A stretch of DNA of 64,000 nt. It comes from Podarcis melisellensis. Taxonomy: Eukaryota. How positions within the stretch are numbered: the first letter of the stretch is position 1; the number at the start of each line of letters is the position of its first letter. The notes under the pieces are model-generated. The model did not search any database, had not been told where the DNA came from, and was given only the letters and a program-made list of their open reading frames with translations. The DNA lies in assembly GCA_964234715.1 (NCBI GenBank), contig OZ174281.1; one strand, 5' to 3'. Below are positions 11,901-24,576 of the stretch, one piece after another. The position numbers and the translations under genes were made by a program.

Positions 11901-13397
11901 CTGACTCCAGAATTTCCTCTCAAGTCTCCCTGTTCTTGACTCTGATTCTAAGCCACCTTCCCTGCCAGGCTCCAAATTCTGCATTTATCTGGCCAGGGAT
12001 GACAGGGAGGGGGAAATGCAGGGAACTGCTAACTTGTCCCCTCACCTTCCCTGTGCTCCTTGTGCTGCCATTCAATGTGTAAGAACAAAATGTCTGGTGG
12101 CACTTTGGATGACTAAATGACATCCCAAGGATGTACTCATTCTCCTGACTCTGGCCCAGTAAGTATTATTGGAAGGAAATAGAAGAGGTGAGTTGGAAAT
12201 TAGACACTCAGTGAAGCTAGGATCCGCTCCCCCCCCCAAGCCATAGAAAAACCCAGGGGAGGCGTAATCCATGTGTGACCTTCAGATATTATTGGATTCA
12301 AATTCCCAACAGCTCCAGCCAGCATGGCCAATGGTCAGGGATGACAATAGCTGCTCGATCTTGGACCTGTTAGTTGTGGTATTCAATGAAATTTCTGGCA
12401 AGAAGACTGCAAATTGTGACGAGAAGTTTCCCTTTTGCAGCGATGTCCATATCAGTTATAGATGAATATCAGCTGCTGATAATATATTCCAGAGATGAAA
12501 CAAAATTTGAAGAATGCACAAATTTCAACAGGGCAACCACATAAAATGGCAGATTTAAAACTCTTTATTTAAACACATCCATATCGTATCTGAAAATAAA
12601 CATGGAGTCATGTCTGTGGCATTTATTTATTTATTTGAAATGTTGCTGGTCTACCTTTCCAACCTAAGGTGAACAAAATATTCCATTAACATTGTGGTGT
12701 GCAGGTGGAGAAGAAAAGGGGCCAAAACTACATTTTCAGGACTGGGGCATGGTTTTCGCACAAAAAAGTCATAGAGCTCTTCAGTTGCCAGAGAGGCAGT
12801 GGAAATGAGAGAGAGGTATAAAAAGTCTTCACTGCCGGAGCACATACCACAAAGTGGGTGAGGGGAGTTTAGGTGCTTCTGGGTGAAGGGTGGCAATTAT
12901 GAGAAAATTTACGTGTGTGAAAGAGGAGGGGAAGGAGGACCACATCTTCTGCCACTGCTGGATTTTTAAATGTTTTTTTTTTTTTTTTGCAAACTTATCT
13001 TACCTATCTTGGCTCAAACATATTGCCAACATCACTTGCAGGACAGCACTGATGGATGACTAACTGTTCAAGAATGAATAAGGTGTCACTGTAAATTAAA
13101 CTGTGTAGGCATGGAAATGAATCAAATGCAACTGTAATTTGATCAATGTCCACCTATGTCTTCCATGATGCCCACCCCCAAACCCTTTTTCATTAACTGG
13201 CATCACACCTTATGAAGGCATAGACAATGTCAGGCAAGTTTTTCTTTCCTCAGACAAAAGGTTCCATGTTGACACACAGAGAAGACAGTCTTTCCAACAT
13301 GTGTGCCAATGAGGCTGACAAGGCATGGTTGCATAACAGAACAAGAGGACTTCTTATATATTCCAATAACAAAAGAGTAAACAGGCCAGAAGAGTAA

Positions 13398-13655
13398 ACA
13401 GGCCAGACCTTACGCCAAAGAATAAACAGACATAAATCGGACATCAGGAATCACAAGACAGAGAAACCAGTAGGAGAACACTTCAATCTCCCAGGACATT
13501 CTATACAAGATCTCAAAGTAGCTGTTTTACTACAAAGGAATTTCAGAAATAGACTGGAAAGAGAAGCTGCTGAATTACAACTTATCACCAAACTTAAAAC
13601 CATGGAGAAACCTGGTCTGAACAAAGACCTTGGATTCTTATCTCATTATACATGA
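13398..13655 (+). pseudogene. Penelope GIY-YIG endonuclease C-terminal fragment (no start codon)
   Basis: Uninterrupted frame TGQTLRQRINRHKSDIRNHKTEKPVGEHFNLPGHSIQDLKVAVLLQRNFRNRLEREAAELQLITKLKTMEKPGLNKDLGFLSHYT*, with the T..L..R..H, V..HF...H, E..E..I and GLN motifs of PLE endonucleases. Confidence 0.9.
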
Positions 13656-13835
13656 CAAAGCCATTTTTCACCTTTTCACCCCTTGCTTTTTCCTGTAAGA
13701 CCTATTGCAGTCGTTAAGAGTCGTCAACAGGCTCATCACAGCTATCTGCCAATCACCCATTCCCACCACCCTTCTGAGTAATAACCCTCCCCACCTTCTC
13801 ACTATATAGAAGGGTCTGGAAACTTCTGTTTCAGC

Positions 13836-13873
13836 GTATCTGAAGAAGTGTGCATGCACATGAAAGCTCATAC
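13836..13873 (+). ncRNA. Minimal type I hammerhead ribozyme (Penelope-associated)
   Basis: gtat-CTGAAGA-a-gtgtgcatgcacat-GAAA-gc-TC-atac: helix I gtat/atac, core boxes CUGANGA and GAAA, palindromic helix II, palindromic AGCU helix III; predicted cleavage after C13869. Confidence 0.8.
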
Positions 13874-16480
13874 CAAGAACTGACTTAGTTGGTCTTTAAG
13901 ATGCTACTGGAAGGAATTTTTTTTGTTTTAACAAAAGAGTAGTTTGTGAGAATGCAAGACTGGTAGCCCCCTGCTTTCAGAATACCCCGCCGCCGCCGCC
14001 ACAAAGCAAGTAAGACTCTGACTCTTAAGGTGGGCAGTGTAAACATTTTATTCTGTGTGGCTTCTCACTGTTTTTAATACAGGATTGAGATTTTTAACAA
14101 TGTTAAACAAGTTTTAATTCTTGTTGTTTGATGGTGTTTGGTTTTATTCTCTTATGTAAACTCTTTGAAGGACCCTGGTTAAAGCAAAAGGTAGTATAAA
14201 TATAATAATAATAGCATTTGTTTTATCTTTATTGAAAGTCACAAATTCACTGTGATAGGAGGTATTATGTCATTCTAGTGCATACTTCCAGTTGGCTTAT
14301 AATTTTGCTTGCAAAAATGAAAATAAAAACAAGCTGTGATATTGTGAAAGCTGTTTGAGTGATAATGCCATCATTTTTATGCATGTTCCATAAAGAATCA
14401 TATTTACAACAGCAAGCAGTGCTTGGGGTACAGATTTAATTTGACAACATTCTCCAATTGCCCATTAAAAGTGCTAGTATAATCAGTCTTTTCCTGTCTA
14501 ATAATTTTTGCTTGAATCAGAGCTTTATAAACGGGATATGTTAGAACCATTCTTTAAATAATATCTTCCATGTTATTTATTAACATTGGAAAAAGCTACC
14601 TTTAGCATAGCTGAAGTATAGTGGTCTTACTGAACCATTTTTTGTACAATTGCACCCTTTCAGAAATTCTTCTCTACATCAAACATTCTAATGAAAATAA
14701 TGGATTATATGGGGAACCTGAACAAAAACTATGTATCTTTTTATTGTGTCTGGATTTGATGGACTTTTATGATTTTTTTTATTGTTGTCCATTAACTTTG
14801 ACTCTGCCATGTTGTTGTTTTATTATTGTTTTCTGCATTGCACACTGCAAACCATTAGGACCCTCACTGTGTCTCCCTGCAAAAGGGAGGTAATAATGCC
14901 AGGTAACAATGTTACACTCCGGTTCAGAAACATCTTCAACAATGCTGGTAAGTCTCCTGAAGAACTTGTCCCCACCCTGGGAATGGCATGATAGCAAAGG
15001 CAAGAACTGAAGAAATTTCAGGGGGAAAGACAAAAGTATCCAAAGTTGTCATCAGAGAAAGTATCTTAGGGGGCAAATGATGAGGGAAGTAGAGTTTCTG
15101 GGGTTCTTCTCTCTCTCTTCATCCATAAAGATACCATCAGGAGAAGATTCTAGGATGGCTGCTGTCTTGTTTAAGGCAGAAAGTCGCATCAATCTCAGTG
15201 TCTTTGGTGACTTCAGGACCCTTTTTACAGCACATTGGTTTTCTAGTTTAGGTCTTTGACCATGATGCTATCAAGAAAAGGAGCAGAGTCTGGCAGAATG
15301 CAACAGGCTCTGTGTCCACTCTGGAAATATGTCTTCCTCAGTTGGAACCCTTGGTTCCACCCTAGAATCTGAAATGGGCAACTAACCATCCCTTCCTTAA
15401 TAGGATCAATCCCTTTAGAGGTATATCTTGCCCAATCTTGTACTATCATCTATCAGGATCATGGTCAGGTCATCCTTAATTGTACCCTTAATGGTAAAGT
15501 TACCCTGAACCAAAAATGGAAGGCATCTATGCACATGAGGTATTCTGATTAAATTACACATTGGTGTTTTCCTTTTTGTTAGCAACTTGTGGTAGTCCTA
15601 CAAAAACACCCCACCTCTGAAAATATGGATGTCACCAATCAATGTTCTGCTCTGTGGATAGCTTTGACTCCTCTCACCAACTCTATAGGCCTAGGAGACC
15701 AGATGTTTCCAGCCTTTCCCAGAAGCAATGTTCCCATTCATTCTCTATCAGGGTGTTGTAGACCTCAAGGAAACACACATGTCACTGGAAGTGGCTGCCT
15801 GTGCCACAATATGTGGCCACTGTTTCCCAAATTGGAGCGGGTTACATCCGATCCACAGTGAACTCTGAAGCAAGTGTTAGGACCCTGAGACATGCCCAGT
15901 AACAATATTTATCCAAACTCTATTGACTCTGGCAAACTTAAAGGGCTTCATATAGAAAGATATCCACATGTGATGCAATTTCACAATGCCTAATAGTGCA
16001 TAGAGACTTAGAAGGGGGTCCATCGTTTGGGGTCCATTGAAAGATATGCTGAATTTGGGTAGGTAAGCAGAAATTTCACGTTGCTCTACAATGCTACGCA
16101 ATACCAATTTTTCAACTTGAAATTAGAAAATAATTAATTTCTATTTCACCTCAGTTGACAAATTATGCATGTAAACTTGATATATCTAGGGCACAATGTA
16201 GACTTACACACTGGCTTTGATGTAGTCTCCTAAGTAGTATAAATGCGCTTTTTCACACTTCCTATGAGAATGCATTTCACATCACTGTGTCTTTCCCCAC
16301 TTAATGGTTATTTGTAACCTTTTCCTGATTAAAAAAATGTTTTGTGCTGCACTGAACTGGAAGGAACTATTCATTCAACTCAACAATTTTATTCTGGCAA
16401 TGTAAAGGACCATTCTTCTGCCGCTGATTTCTCCCTGAAATGAATGTATTAATGTGGCATTTATTTAGGTAAGTGTATGA

Positions 16481-16496
16481 TGGCCTCTAGTGGTGC
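16481..16496 (-). promoter_or_regulatory. Candidate CTCF site
   Basis: Minus strand CCACTAGAGGCCA, one mismatch to the core CCACYAGRKGGC. Confidence 0.4.
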
Positions 16497-17687
16497 TTAC
16501 TACATTGTGTGTGTATATATATATATATAGATGTACACACACACACATGCACACACTAAAAACACTTCACACACATCCTCTTTGCTTTTCAGTGGTGCCA
16601 GAGAGGAGAAGCATTCTGTATCTACTGTGACATCAGTATATTGTTACAGGATGAGTAACAAGACAGCCCACTGACAGATGGACCTGTTCCATTTATATCA
16701 GTCACATTCTTCTTTCTTCCATACTCAAAGGAGGAGGATGCACACCACATGCTGGGAACAAATGCAGAAACTGATATTTAACAATGACACATTATGCACT
16801 ACAGATTTCCTATGAGCTCGCCTTCATGTTCTTGTGGCCAGCATCAGAGAGTGACTTCGTTATGATTACCTTTCGTTTTCACCTACAACTCACATTTACT
16901 CGTTCGGCTCACAAACTCAGTTTTTACAGGGATATAACAATGGCATCAAAAGGAAGGTGAACCATGAGCATCCCACATTTTTTCCTCGTTTTTCGTCCAA
17001 AAATTGATGACATCACACCTATTACAGGATGATTTGAGATCAGAAGAGCATTATGCCAGAGAAATCCTATAAGGCTGGAAAGCAGATAGGTATATACATA
17101 GCAACTGACTATGTATATATTACCATTTCAGGATTATATACTAGACATGCTTTGAAAAAATAATAATGATACTGCTATTAGATTCATGAACTTTAAGGAC
17201 AGGAACTCTGATGTTTGTTTCCTTGACCATTTCCTAAGCAGTAATATATAGATAAAAGAGGTAGAAATCAGGCATCCACATATAGCATATGCCCACCTAT
17301 TTATGAAGATACTTAAGCAGGGATTTAGTAAGTCCAGACAAAGCTCTAGAGGCGCCTGTCTCTTTAAATCCTACCAACCGAAATTTGTGGCCCTGATGAA
17401 TGGCAGAGTGGAGCCATCCATAAAAGGGCAGAGGAAAATCACATTAATTTGCATACAATAATTATTCTCTGAATCAGGCCACCTTTATTGCTGGCAGAAA
17501 ATCTACTGTCAGCATCGCTCTATAGATCACGTTTGAAAATCTAACAGCTGAGAAATGTAATTGTTTGGAATCCATGTGGTCCGGCAGTCCTGCCGGAGAC
17601 ATGTCAATTATCATGTACCTCAGCAGATGGAAAAGTTTTTGGATGCCATTGAGCAAGCCTGGTCTTTCTTTTTTGTGTGTGAGAATG

Positions 17688-17688
<1 letters not shown>

Positions 17689-17723
<35 letters not shown>
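17689..17723. repeat. (CA)n microsatellite
   Basis: Directly visible. Confidence 0.95.
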
Positions 17724-17724
<1 letters not shown>

Positions 17725-17913
17725 AACAATCTGTATTCTCCTGGCTCATGTCATCATAGACACTTGCCCTGATGCAGCTAATATATAAATACTAACATGT
17801 GTTTAGTAACTGGAGGAGGATGTGAAGGGGTGTCCAATACAGTTGGAAGTGATCTGACCAGAATTAGTTTTCTAAATTAGCTTAAAGCTAAGAGGTGTGA
17901 TCTGGCAAACTTA

Positions 17914-18226
17914 GGTCATGTTCACACAAACAGTTACTTCAAACATACTTTACTGCTTCAGTGCCCTTTAACTCTTGTACTGTATGTTGAGGGGACTTGA
18001 AATGGTCATTCATACATTAACTGAACACAGGGGCAAGGTATTTCTCTACACACCTACAAGTGTTTCTGCAAAAGACTGTACACTTGTTCATTTGAACACC
18101 TCAGCTATTGTGTACTCAGGTACACAATAATTGAACATTACTTGTGAATTACCGTACTGTATTTGTGTACAGTACTTAAGTACACAGATGGTACATTTGC
18201 TTTGGATGTCATGTCTGAACACATAG
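17914..18226. mobile_element. Old foldback/MITE-like element (possibly PIF/Harbinger-type)
   Basis: Imperfect inverted ends tgttcacaca / tgtctgaaca; internal palindromes tattgtgtac-tcag-gtacacaata and gtacttaagtac. Confidence 0.4.
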
Positions 18227-19403
18227 GAAGTAATGGAGGGACAGGGAAGCCTTCCCTTTAGCTTCATCAATCCTTTTGCACTGATAGGTTTATAAGTTGA
18301 TGGTACCTCTCTGTTCAAATTTATCCAATCAACTTCGTTACTTAATATATTTTCCTCTCAAACTTTGATATGGTTTCTTTGTTTTCATCTGAATTCTCAT
18401 TGCTATTGTATCCCACTGGAAAATCAATTAAAAGATTGGGGGGGGGGGTTATGAAGGAAGAGGAGATATTCTCCTGTTAACAAAGAGTATCTTAATTCCT
18501 GTCCTGTTAGATCACATTAATATTCCAGGAGTACAACCTGTCTTCTCTTTCCTGGGATGCTTCTGTCTCTAAAAGGAAATACAGATTTTAATACAATATT
18601 GAAGGAAGCCCAGTCAAGAAGAAATCTGGAAGAGCCCTGTATTGTTTCACTGTATGTGCTTCACCAGGAGAGGGCAGGAAAGGAGATTACTATGTCTGCT
18701 TCTTCTTAAAGGTTGCAGTTATACCCAGTACACCATTTTTGTGTGCGTATGTATAGAATTACAATGGAAGTGTGTGAACAGTATAGAACTGAGGCCCATC
18801 CTCCTGACTAATCACTACCAAAGTGCCTAACCTAATCTGTGAAATGCACCGTCGTATCCACGCTCAGAATAAAGTGATGAGGGGAACACTGACCATTAAG
18901 TTAAATTAGAGCCAGAACTTTATTAAACATTAACACAATGGAGATTCAGCAGCTCCTGGGACATTGATAAGGAGGTGCCACTTTGTAGCCATTCCTGCCT
19001 TAAGTTACGTGTGCTGCCCATCCTGTCCCCATCTGGCCACACCAGGTAAATGGATACAGGATTGCAGACTCAGCTTTCTTGTGAAGGGTTCATGGTGAAA
19101 GGATTAGGGAAAGTATTGACAGGATGTTCTGCCTTACTATTTTACCTATAAAAGTAAAGTTGTGTTTTTTTTAAGTTTTCAAAATGAAAGCAAATCACTC
19201 TGACTTTATTTTGGAAGCTGTCAGTATTCTCTTATCCAACAAGAAACCTATATATCTCTGTTGACTGCTCAAAACATCCAACCAGGATCCAGGCTTCATT
19301 TACTTAAGCCAAGTTCCTCTGGGTTAGAAACCATTCTTTTATGGTTCAAAAGTAGAAAAAGAGCTTCATTTTGGGTTAAAACTGGCTTCCTGCAAGCTCT
19401 TTA

Positions 19404-19668
19404 CATGGGTAGGCAAACTAAGTCCTGGGGGCCGGATCTGGTCCAATTGGTCTAAAATCTGGTCTAAATCTGGCCTGCGGGGTGGTCCAGAGAATCAGCA
19501 TGTTTTTACATGAGTAGAATGTGCCCTTTTATTTAAAATGCATCTCTGGGTTATTTGTGGGGCATAGGAATTTGTTCATTATTATTTTTTCAAAATATAT
19601 ATGCCCCCCCCCACAAGGTCTGAGGGACAGTGGACCAGCCCCCTGCTGAAAAAAAGTCAAGGCCTCTG
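19404..19668. mobile_element. OC1 (OposCharlie1)-like hAT MITE, copy 1
   Basis: catgggtaggcaaact start; characteristic ttttatttaaaatgcatctctgggttatttgtggggcataggaatt and ggtctgagggacagtggacc..ccccctg; close match to copy 2. Confidence 0.8.
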
Positions 19669-19838
19669 GTCTTGACTAATGCAAAAGAGGAAAACAACAA
19701 ATACAACTGATTGCCAGGGAGATAGGAAAAAGAGCCAAGGGTAGGGAAGCTTAGGAATTGGAAGAAGACCAGGTCCCACAATTATCCATGGTGCTGAATT
19801 AGGTTTAAGAAGATAAAGGTGGAACAGTCCAACAAATG

Positions 19839-20099
19839 CATGAGTAGGCAAAATAAGGCCTGGGGGCCGAATCCAACCCAATCGCCTTCTAAATCTGGTC
19901 CTCAGATGGTTCGGGAATCAGCATGTTTTTACATGAGTAGAATGTGTCCTTTTATTTAAGAGGGTTATTCATCTCTGGGTTATTTGTGGGGCATAGGAAT
20001 TTGTTCATTCCCCCCCCAAAAAAATATAGGCTCCCACAAGGTCTGAGGGACAGTGGACCGGCCCCCTGCTGAAAAGGTTTGCTGACTTTTCAGGGACTG
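19839..20099. mobile_element. OC1-like hAT MITE, copy 2
   Basis: Same sequence as copy 1, same orientation; flanking 8-mers aacaaatg (19831-19838) and aacaaatt (20100-20107) match 7/8. Confidence 0.8.
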
Positions 20100-23000
20100 A
20101 ACAAATTTGGGACTGAGAGGAGTACTGTACCAGTTATAGGAAAGAGACACTGGCAGCAGTGGGAGGGAAGAAATCATTCTTTCTCCTCATGCTGCTCACT
20201 GCTGCTGCCACCACGGCCACAGCTGTGGGAAGTATGCTAGGGATGCGGGGAGAAGAGCGCGTGGGCATTGCAGACTTTTGTCCTCTCCAGCAACATTTGT
20301 AGATCCAGATTATTATACAGAATTAATTAATACAAAATAAGGGCATTGGTGTGTATTAAATATGGTTGAAGTTCCAGGGGCCAATTAGGCCCGCACTTAC
20401 AGAATATTAATTATGATAGGGAAATTCCCCTGTACAGTAACTACTATGGGGAGGATGTTTGGCATTAACTACTGATTCTTCCCTTAAAACTTAGCTTGAA
20501 TTTCATCAGTTCCCCCTGCTTCCTTTGCAAGAGTGCGGCACTCATTGGTCAGTGCAGTGCTAAGTGTACACATAGATTTGGGTCCCATGCAGTGATGTTC
20601 CAGTTGAACTGAGATTCTCAGCAACGCATGTGTGAATAAGCCCATCACAGAACATTTTCATATTGTCCCCAACACAGTGTTTTGTAATAGAGTTGGCTTA
20701 CTCATTCTACAGATAGCTCTCAAGAGTTTGTTCATATTTTCATGTTTATCATTTGGATTATGGCAAAATCAACTGGGTTACAGCCCAAGTGACAAGTGCA
20801 TATTTACCGTGCATCTGGCTTGGCTTAACAGGATTCTAGCATACAGAAATTAAGCGATGGCAAGCATGTGTGAACAAGAAGCAAGTGTATAATAAATAGT
20901 TGTAGAGAATTCAAGTGATAAATTTGATTCTACAAACCAGTTCTTAGCATATTTAAATGGTTGAAGACAGCATGTGTCTCTTAATCTGTCCTCAGACTCT
21001 ACACATCTAGATGTCTTCAACTTGTCCAACTTTGTCACTTTTCTGTGAAAATCCTTCAGTCTGAATCCTGCTTTCTTGAAATCTGGTACTAGAATATGTT
21101 GAACAATTTATGATTAGTATTATTGTTATCAGCCTCAAATGGCCCCTGAAGTGTCCAATGGTTTAAAAAATCCCATAAAACACATATCAAAATTAATAGA
21201 ACAGAGTTATAAAATAAGAATAAACAATGCCAAATAAAAAAGACAGCATGATGTATGGAATGGCTGTTCCAGTACATCTGTCAGGTTCTAAAAGCTGCCC
21301 TATAAAGGAAGGTCTTGACTAACATTGTGATGTAGGGAAGACGTTAATAAGAGAGGCCTCTCTCAACAAGATTTTTTTAAAGTATGACAGCCATTGACCA
21401 GTCTATCAACTCTGCCATCTTAGAAGCTGAGGGAACCTGCATCGTACCCTTCTTTAGCGAAATATTCCTGGTCTTCCCATCCTCTCTTGACCCTTCACAC
21501 AATCAGTGCTCTTTGAAAGAAGGAAGGGTTGTAACCATATTCAGCTGAATATGGTAAGAATATTCTTGCAGACCTTTGTGGTCATCATGTGAAAGGTTGG
21601 GAGAGGAGGAAATGGTGGCCAGAGTACACAGAGATGTTGGGATAGGCCTGGTGCACACACCCCTATGTACTCCTTTTTGCCCAAGGACTGGTGTGCTATA
21701 GTAAGAGCTATTATGTGTATTTAGAATCATGTCATATGATTGTGCTCACTTGTTGGCTTTCAATCACATCCTCCAAACGGTTTGCAATTCCCACCTTATG
21801 TGTGCCTTTGATCCTAGATTTCACATTTGAATATAGTTGCCCATTTGCCTTCATGCCTCTTTGTAATACGAATTGCAACATCTATTCGCAATTGTCTTTT
21901 AGTCTCTTGGCACTGAAAATGTTAACCTTTCATGAGTGTGATATTCCTTTGCATATAAAGGTTAGGTTTAACCATCTCAAATATGAAGAAACTAGCAACC
22001 CGCCTCTCTGCTAGCCCAAATCCATGTTGAATTACCTGACCTCTGATAAATCCCACCAAAGCCATGTAAATGATGTAAAAGATATATTTTTATTTTATTT
22101 TTTAACCATGTGGCACCAGCTCATGGCTCGGCTGTTTATTAGAGAGCAAATCTGCCAATATTGGCTTGCTCCAATGAGCACTTATAAAACCACACCGATA
22201 TATGTGTTTGCATTCCTCTTCAGCTCAAAATTTGTCAGAGAAGAAAGGCATTAAACCTGTCACCTCAGATAAAGATCAGATGTTTGATTTCAAACAGAAG
22301 AAAGCAAACACTCAGCAGCAGACTCCATTAACTCCTTGAGTGCTTTATTTAGACCACCGGACAGGGTTGGGAAACACGTTGCTTCTGAGGCGGGTGCCAA
22401 TGAATTCTCCGCAACCACCTTGCTGATGAATTTTCCTGAGGGAAGGAGGCAGATACAACATAAAAAGAAGGACAAAAAAATATATATATCCACAGTTGTG
22501 TCAGTATGTTTTCTGTATTGATGGCATTGCCTTCAAAATTGGAAACTAGGTTGGATATTTGTTTATGACAAGGGTGTCAACTCTTGGCTCTGCATTTTTG
22601 TAACAGATTGACTCAGTGGCACCAGAGAAGGAGGCTGTTCCCTGATCTACTTCGCTGTAATGAAAGAACAAGGGGATTTCGGCAGTGCCTCGGTCATTTC
22701 TCAGGCTACATGAAGCATAGATTTTGTACCTGTTCCCTGCTTTGTAATTCCCCTGTCAAGCACCCACGCTGCAGCTGTTGAAAATGCACAGTGAAATCCA
22801 TGAATCGGAATTATAGTTGCCACCTTGTCTACTGGCTCAGAGGCTAGACCTTTAATAGTAGCCTGACACAAGGGAACAGGAGCTTCTCCCTGGACGCAGC
22901 TTTCCCAAGCCCTTGTCTCCATATTTGGAAAAGGCCTCGGCTGCGGACGTTCAGCTGGAGACGGCTGAATCAGTTAAATGGAACTATTTCTATTTGGTTT

Positions 23001-23661
23001 AATGATGTGAAATGGCTTCATTTTGTAGATTAAAGGAATCACTACTGAAACAATGGAGAGGGATAATCTAACCGTGCTTTGATTCTTTCATATTAGGTCA
23101 ACGTGAAGGAAGCTGCAGTACTTCCTTCAGGATTTTAGAGCATCCTTTCTAAATGCTACAGCTGGCCTTGCTTTGTTTGCATCACGGAGAGGACAGCATG
23201 ATCTCAGCCATATTAGAATCTGGGTCTGCAGCAGATATTCCTAGAAATGCTCTAGGAATTTCTTGGCATTTCCCAAAAACTCTATAAAACCTCCAGCTTA
23301 GGCAGACTTTCTGGGGACTAGCAATAATCTTCTGGAAATCATCCTAATCTTAATATTTCAGGATGCTCTGGGATTTTCCTCTGGGTAGTGCTTGATCAGC
23401 ACTGATTTTTTACTCTGGGGTTTTTCCCACTCAAATCTTCCTTCAGTATTTCAGGATAGAAATAATTAATAATCCAAATTAAACAATATTAGTATGCTGC
23501 CAAACAGCTGAGTTAGAAAGCTGTCTGGGTCAGGATAACCTGGGTTACAGTGCTGCTGTATGGAAGCCTCGTAAACAAGGGACCAAGAAAGAGAGGGGAA
23601 TGTGTATTCCATGCCACAAATATCTCTCAAAACAAACAAATATCTCTCAGAAGTACCAATA

Positions 23662-23887
23662 CAGTGGTACCTCGGGTTACATACGCTTCAGGTTACAGAC
23701 TCCGCTAACCCAGAAATAGTGCTTCAGGTTAAGATCTGTGCTTCAGGATGAGAACAGAAATCGTGCTTCGGCAGTGCGGCGGCAGCAGGAGGCCCCATTA
23801 GCTAAAGTGGTGCTTCAGGTTAAGAACAGTTTCAGGTTAAGAACGGACCTCCGGAACGAATTAAGTACTTAACCAGAGGTACCACTG
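23662..23887. mobile_element. Tc1/mariner (Tigger-like) MITE
   Basis: TA|CAGTGGTACCTC...GAGGTACCACTG|TA perfect TIRs; inverted relative to the 2374 copy. Confidence 0.92.
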
Positions 23888-23974
23888 TATTTATGACCAT
23901 CACTTTTAGATCACCCCTTCCACTGAATTTCAGGGGCAGTGTGTGTGTGTGTGTGTGTGTTGAATCCCTCATAT

Positions 23975-24190
23975 GCACTTGTATCTCACATCTTTCTCTA
24001 AGCAGCTCAAGGTGGCATATATGGTTCTCCCTTTCCTCATTCAATTCCCACAACAACTGTGTGGGGTAGGATAGCTTGAGAGGCAGTGACTGGCCTAGGG
24101 TTACCCAGTGAGCTTCATGGTCAAGTGAGGATTTGAACCCTGGTCTCCCAGGTCCTTGTCCAGCACTCTAACCACTATACCACACTGGCT
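23975..24190 (-). mobile_element. tRNA-derived CORE-SINE (Squam3-like), near full length
   Basis: Minus strand agccagtgtggtatagtggttagagtgc (A box), gggttcaaatcc (B box), CORE region. Confidence 0.85.
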
Positions 24191-24576
24191 CTGTGGGTGA
24201 ATCATTCCCAGGTACAGGGTTTAATGGAAGGATATCTTATTTGGGATGTTTATTGGACCTTTTTTGTTATGGTCTTTTTCTGGCACATTTTAGATCAGAT
24301 TTGTTGATCAGCTGTTTGATTTAGATTCTCTTGATTTTTTGGAAACCCGCTAAAGGAGCAATCTTACGTATGCCCAGCCAGCATAATTTATGCCAGATCC
24401 ATGGCGGTTTTTATCTTTACAAGTTTATATTCCAGCAAACTTGGGCTCAAATGATGTGCTAGATTAACTAAGGGAGCGATCCTAAGCATAGGAAGGAAAT
24501 GGAAAGGGTTAAGGTTGTGCCCTTAGAGACTGATATTAAGCAGTATATATAAATCTATGAAATGCATATAAAATAA

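Larger units (their letters stand above)
13380..13928 (+). mobile_element. 5'-truncated Penelope-like retroelement
   Basis: Perfect 13-bp TSD taacaaaagagta (13367-13379, 13929-13941); GIY-YIG C-terminal coding remnant; terminal region with hammerhead motif. Confidence 0.92.

Noticed and set aside
14900-15535. Minus-strand LPFLVQG...MILIDD resembling a retroelement protease
   Set aside because: No intact DSG/DTG motif and no downstream RT; similarity too weak to call.
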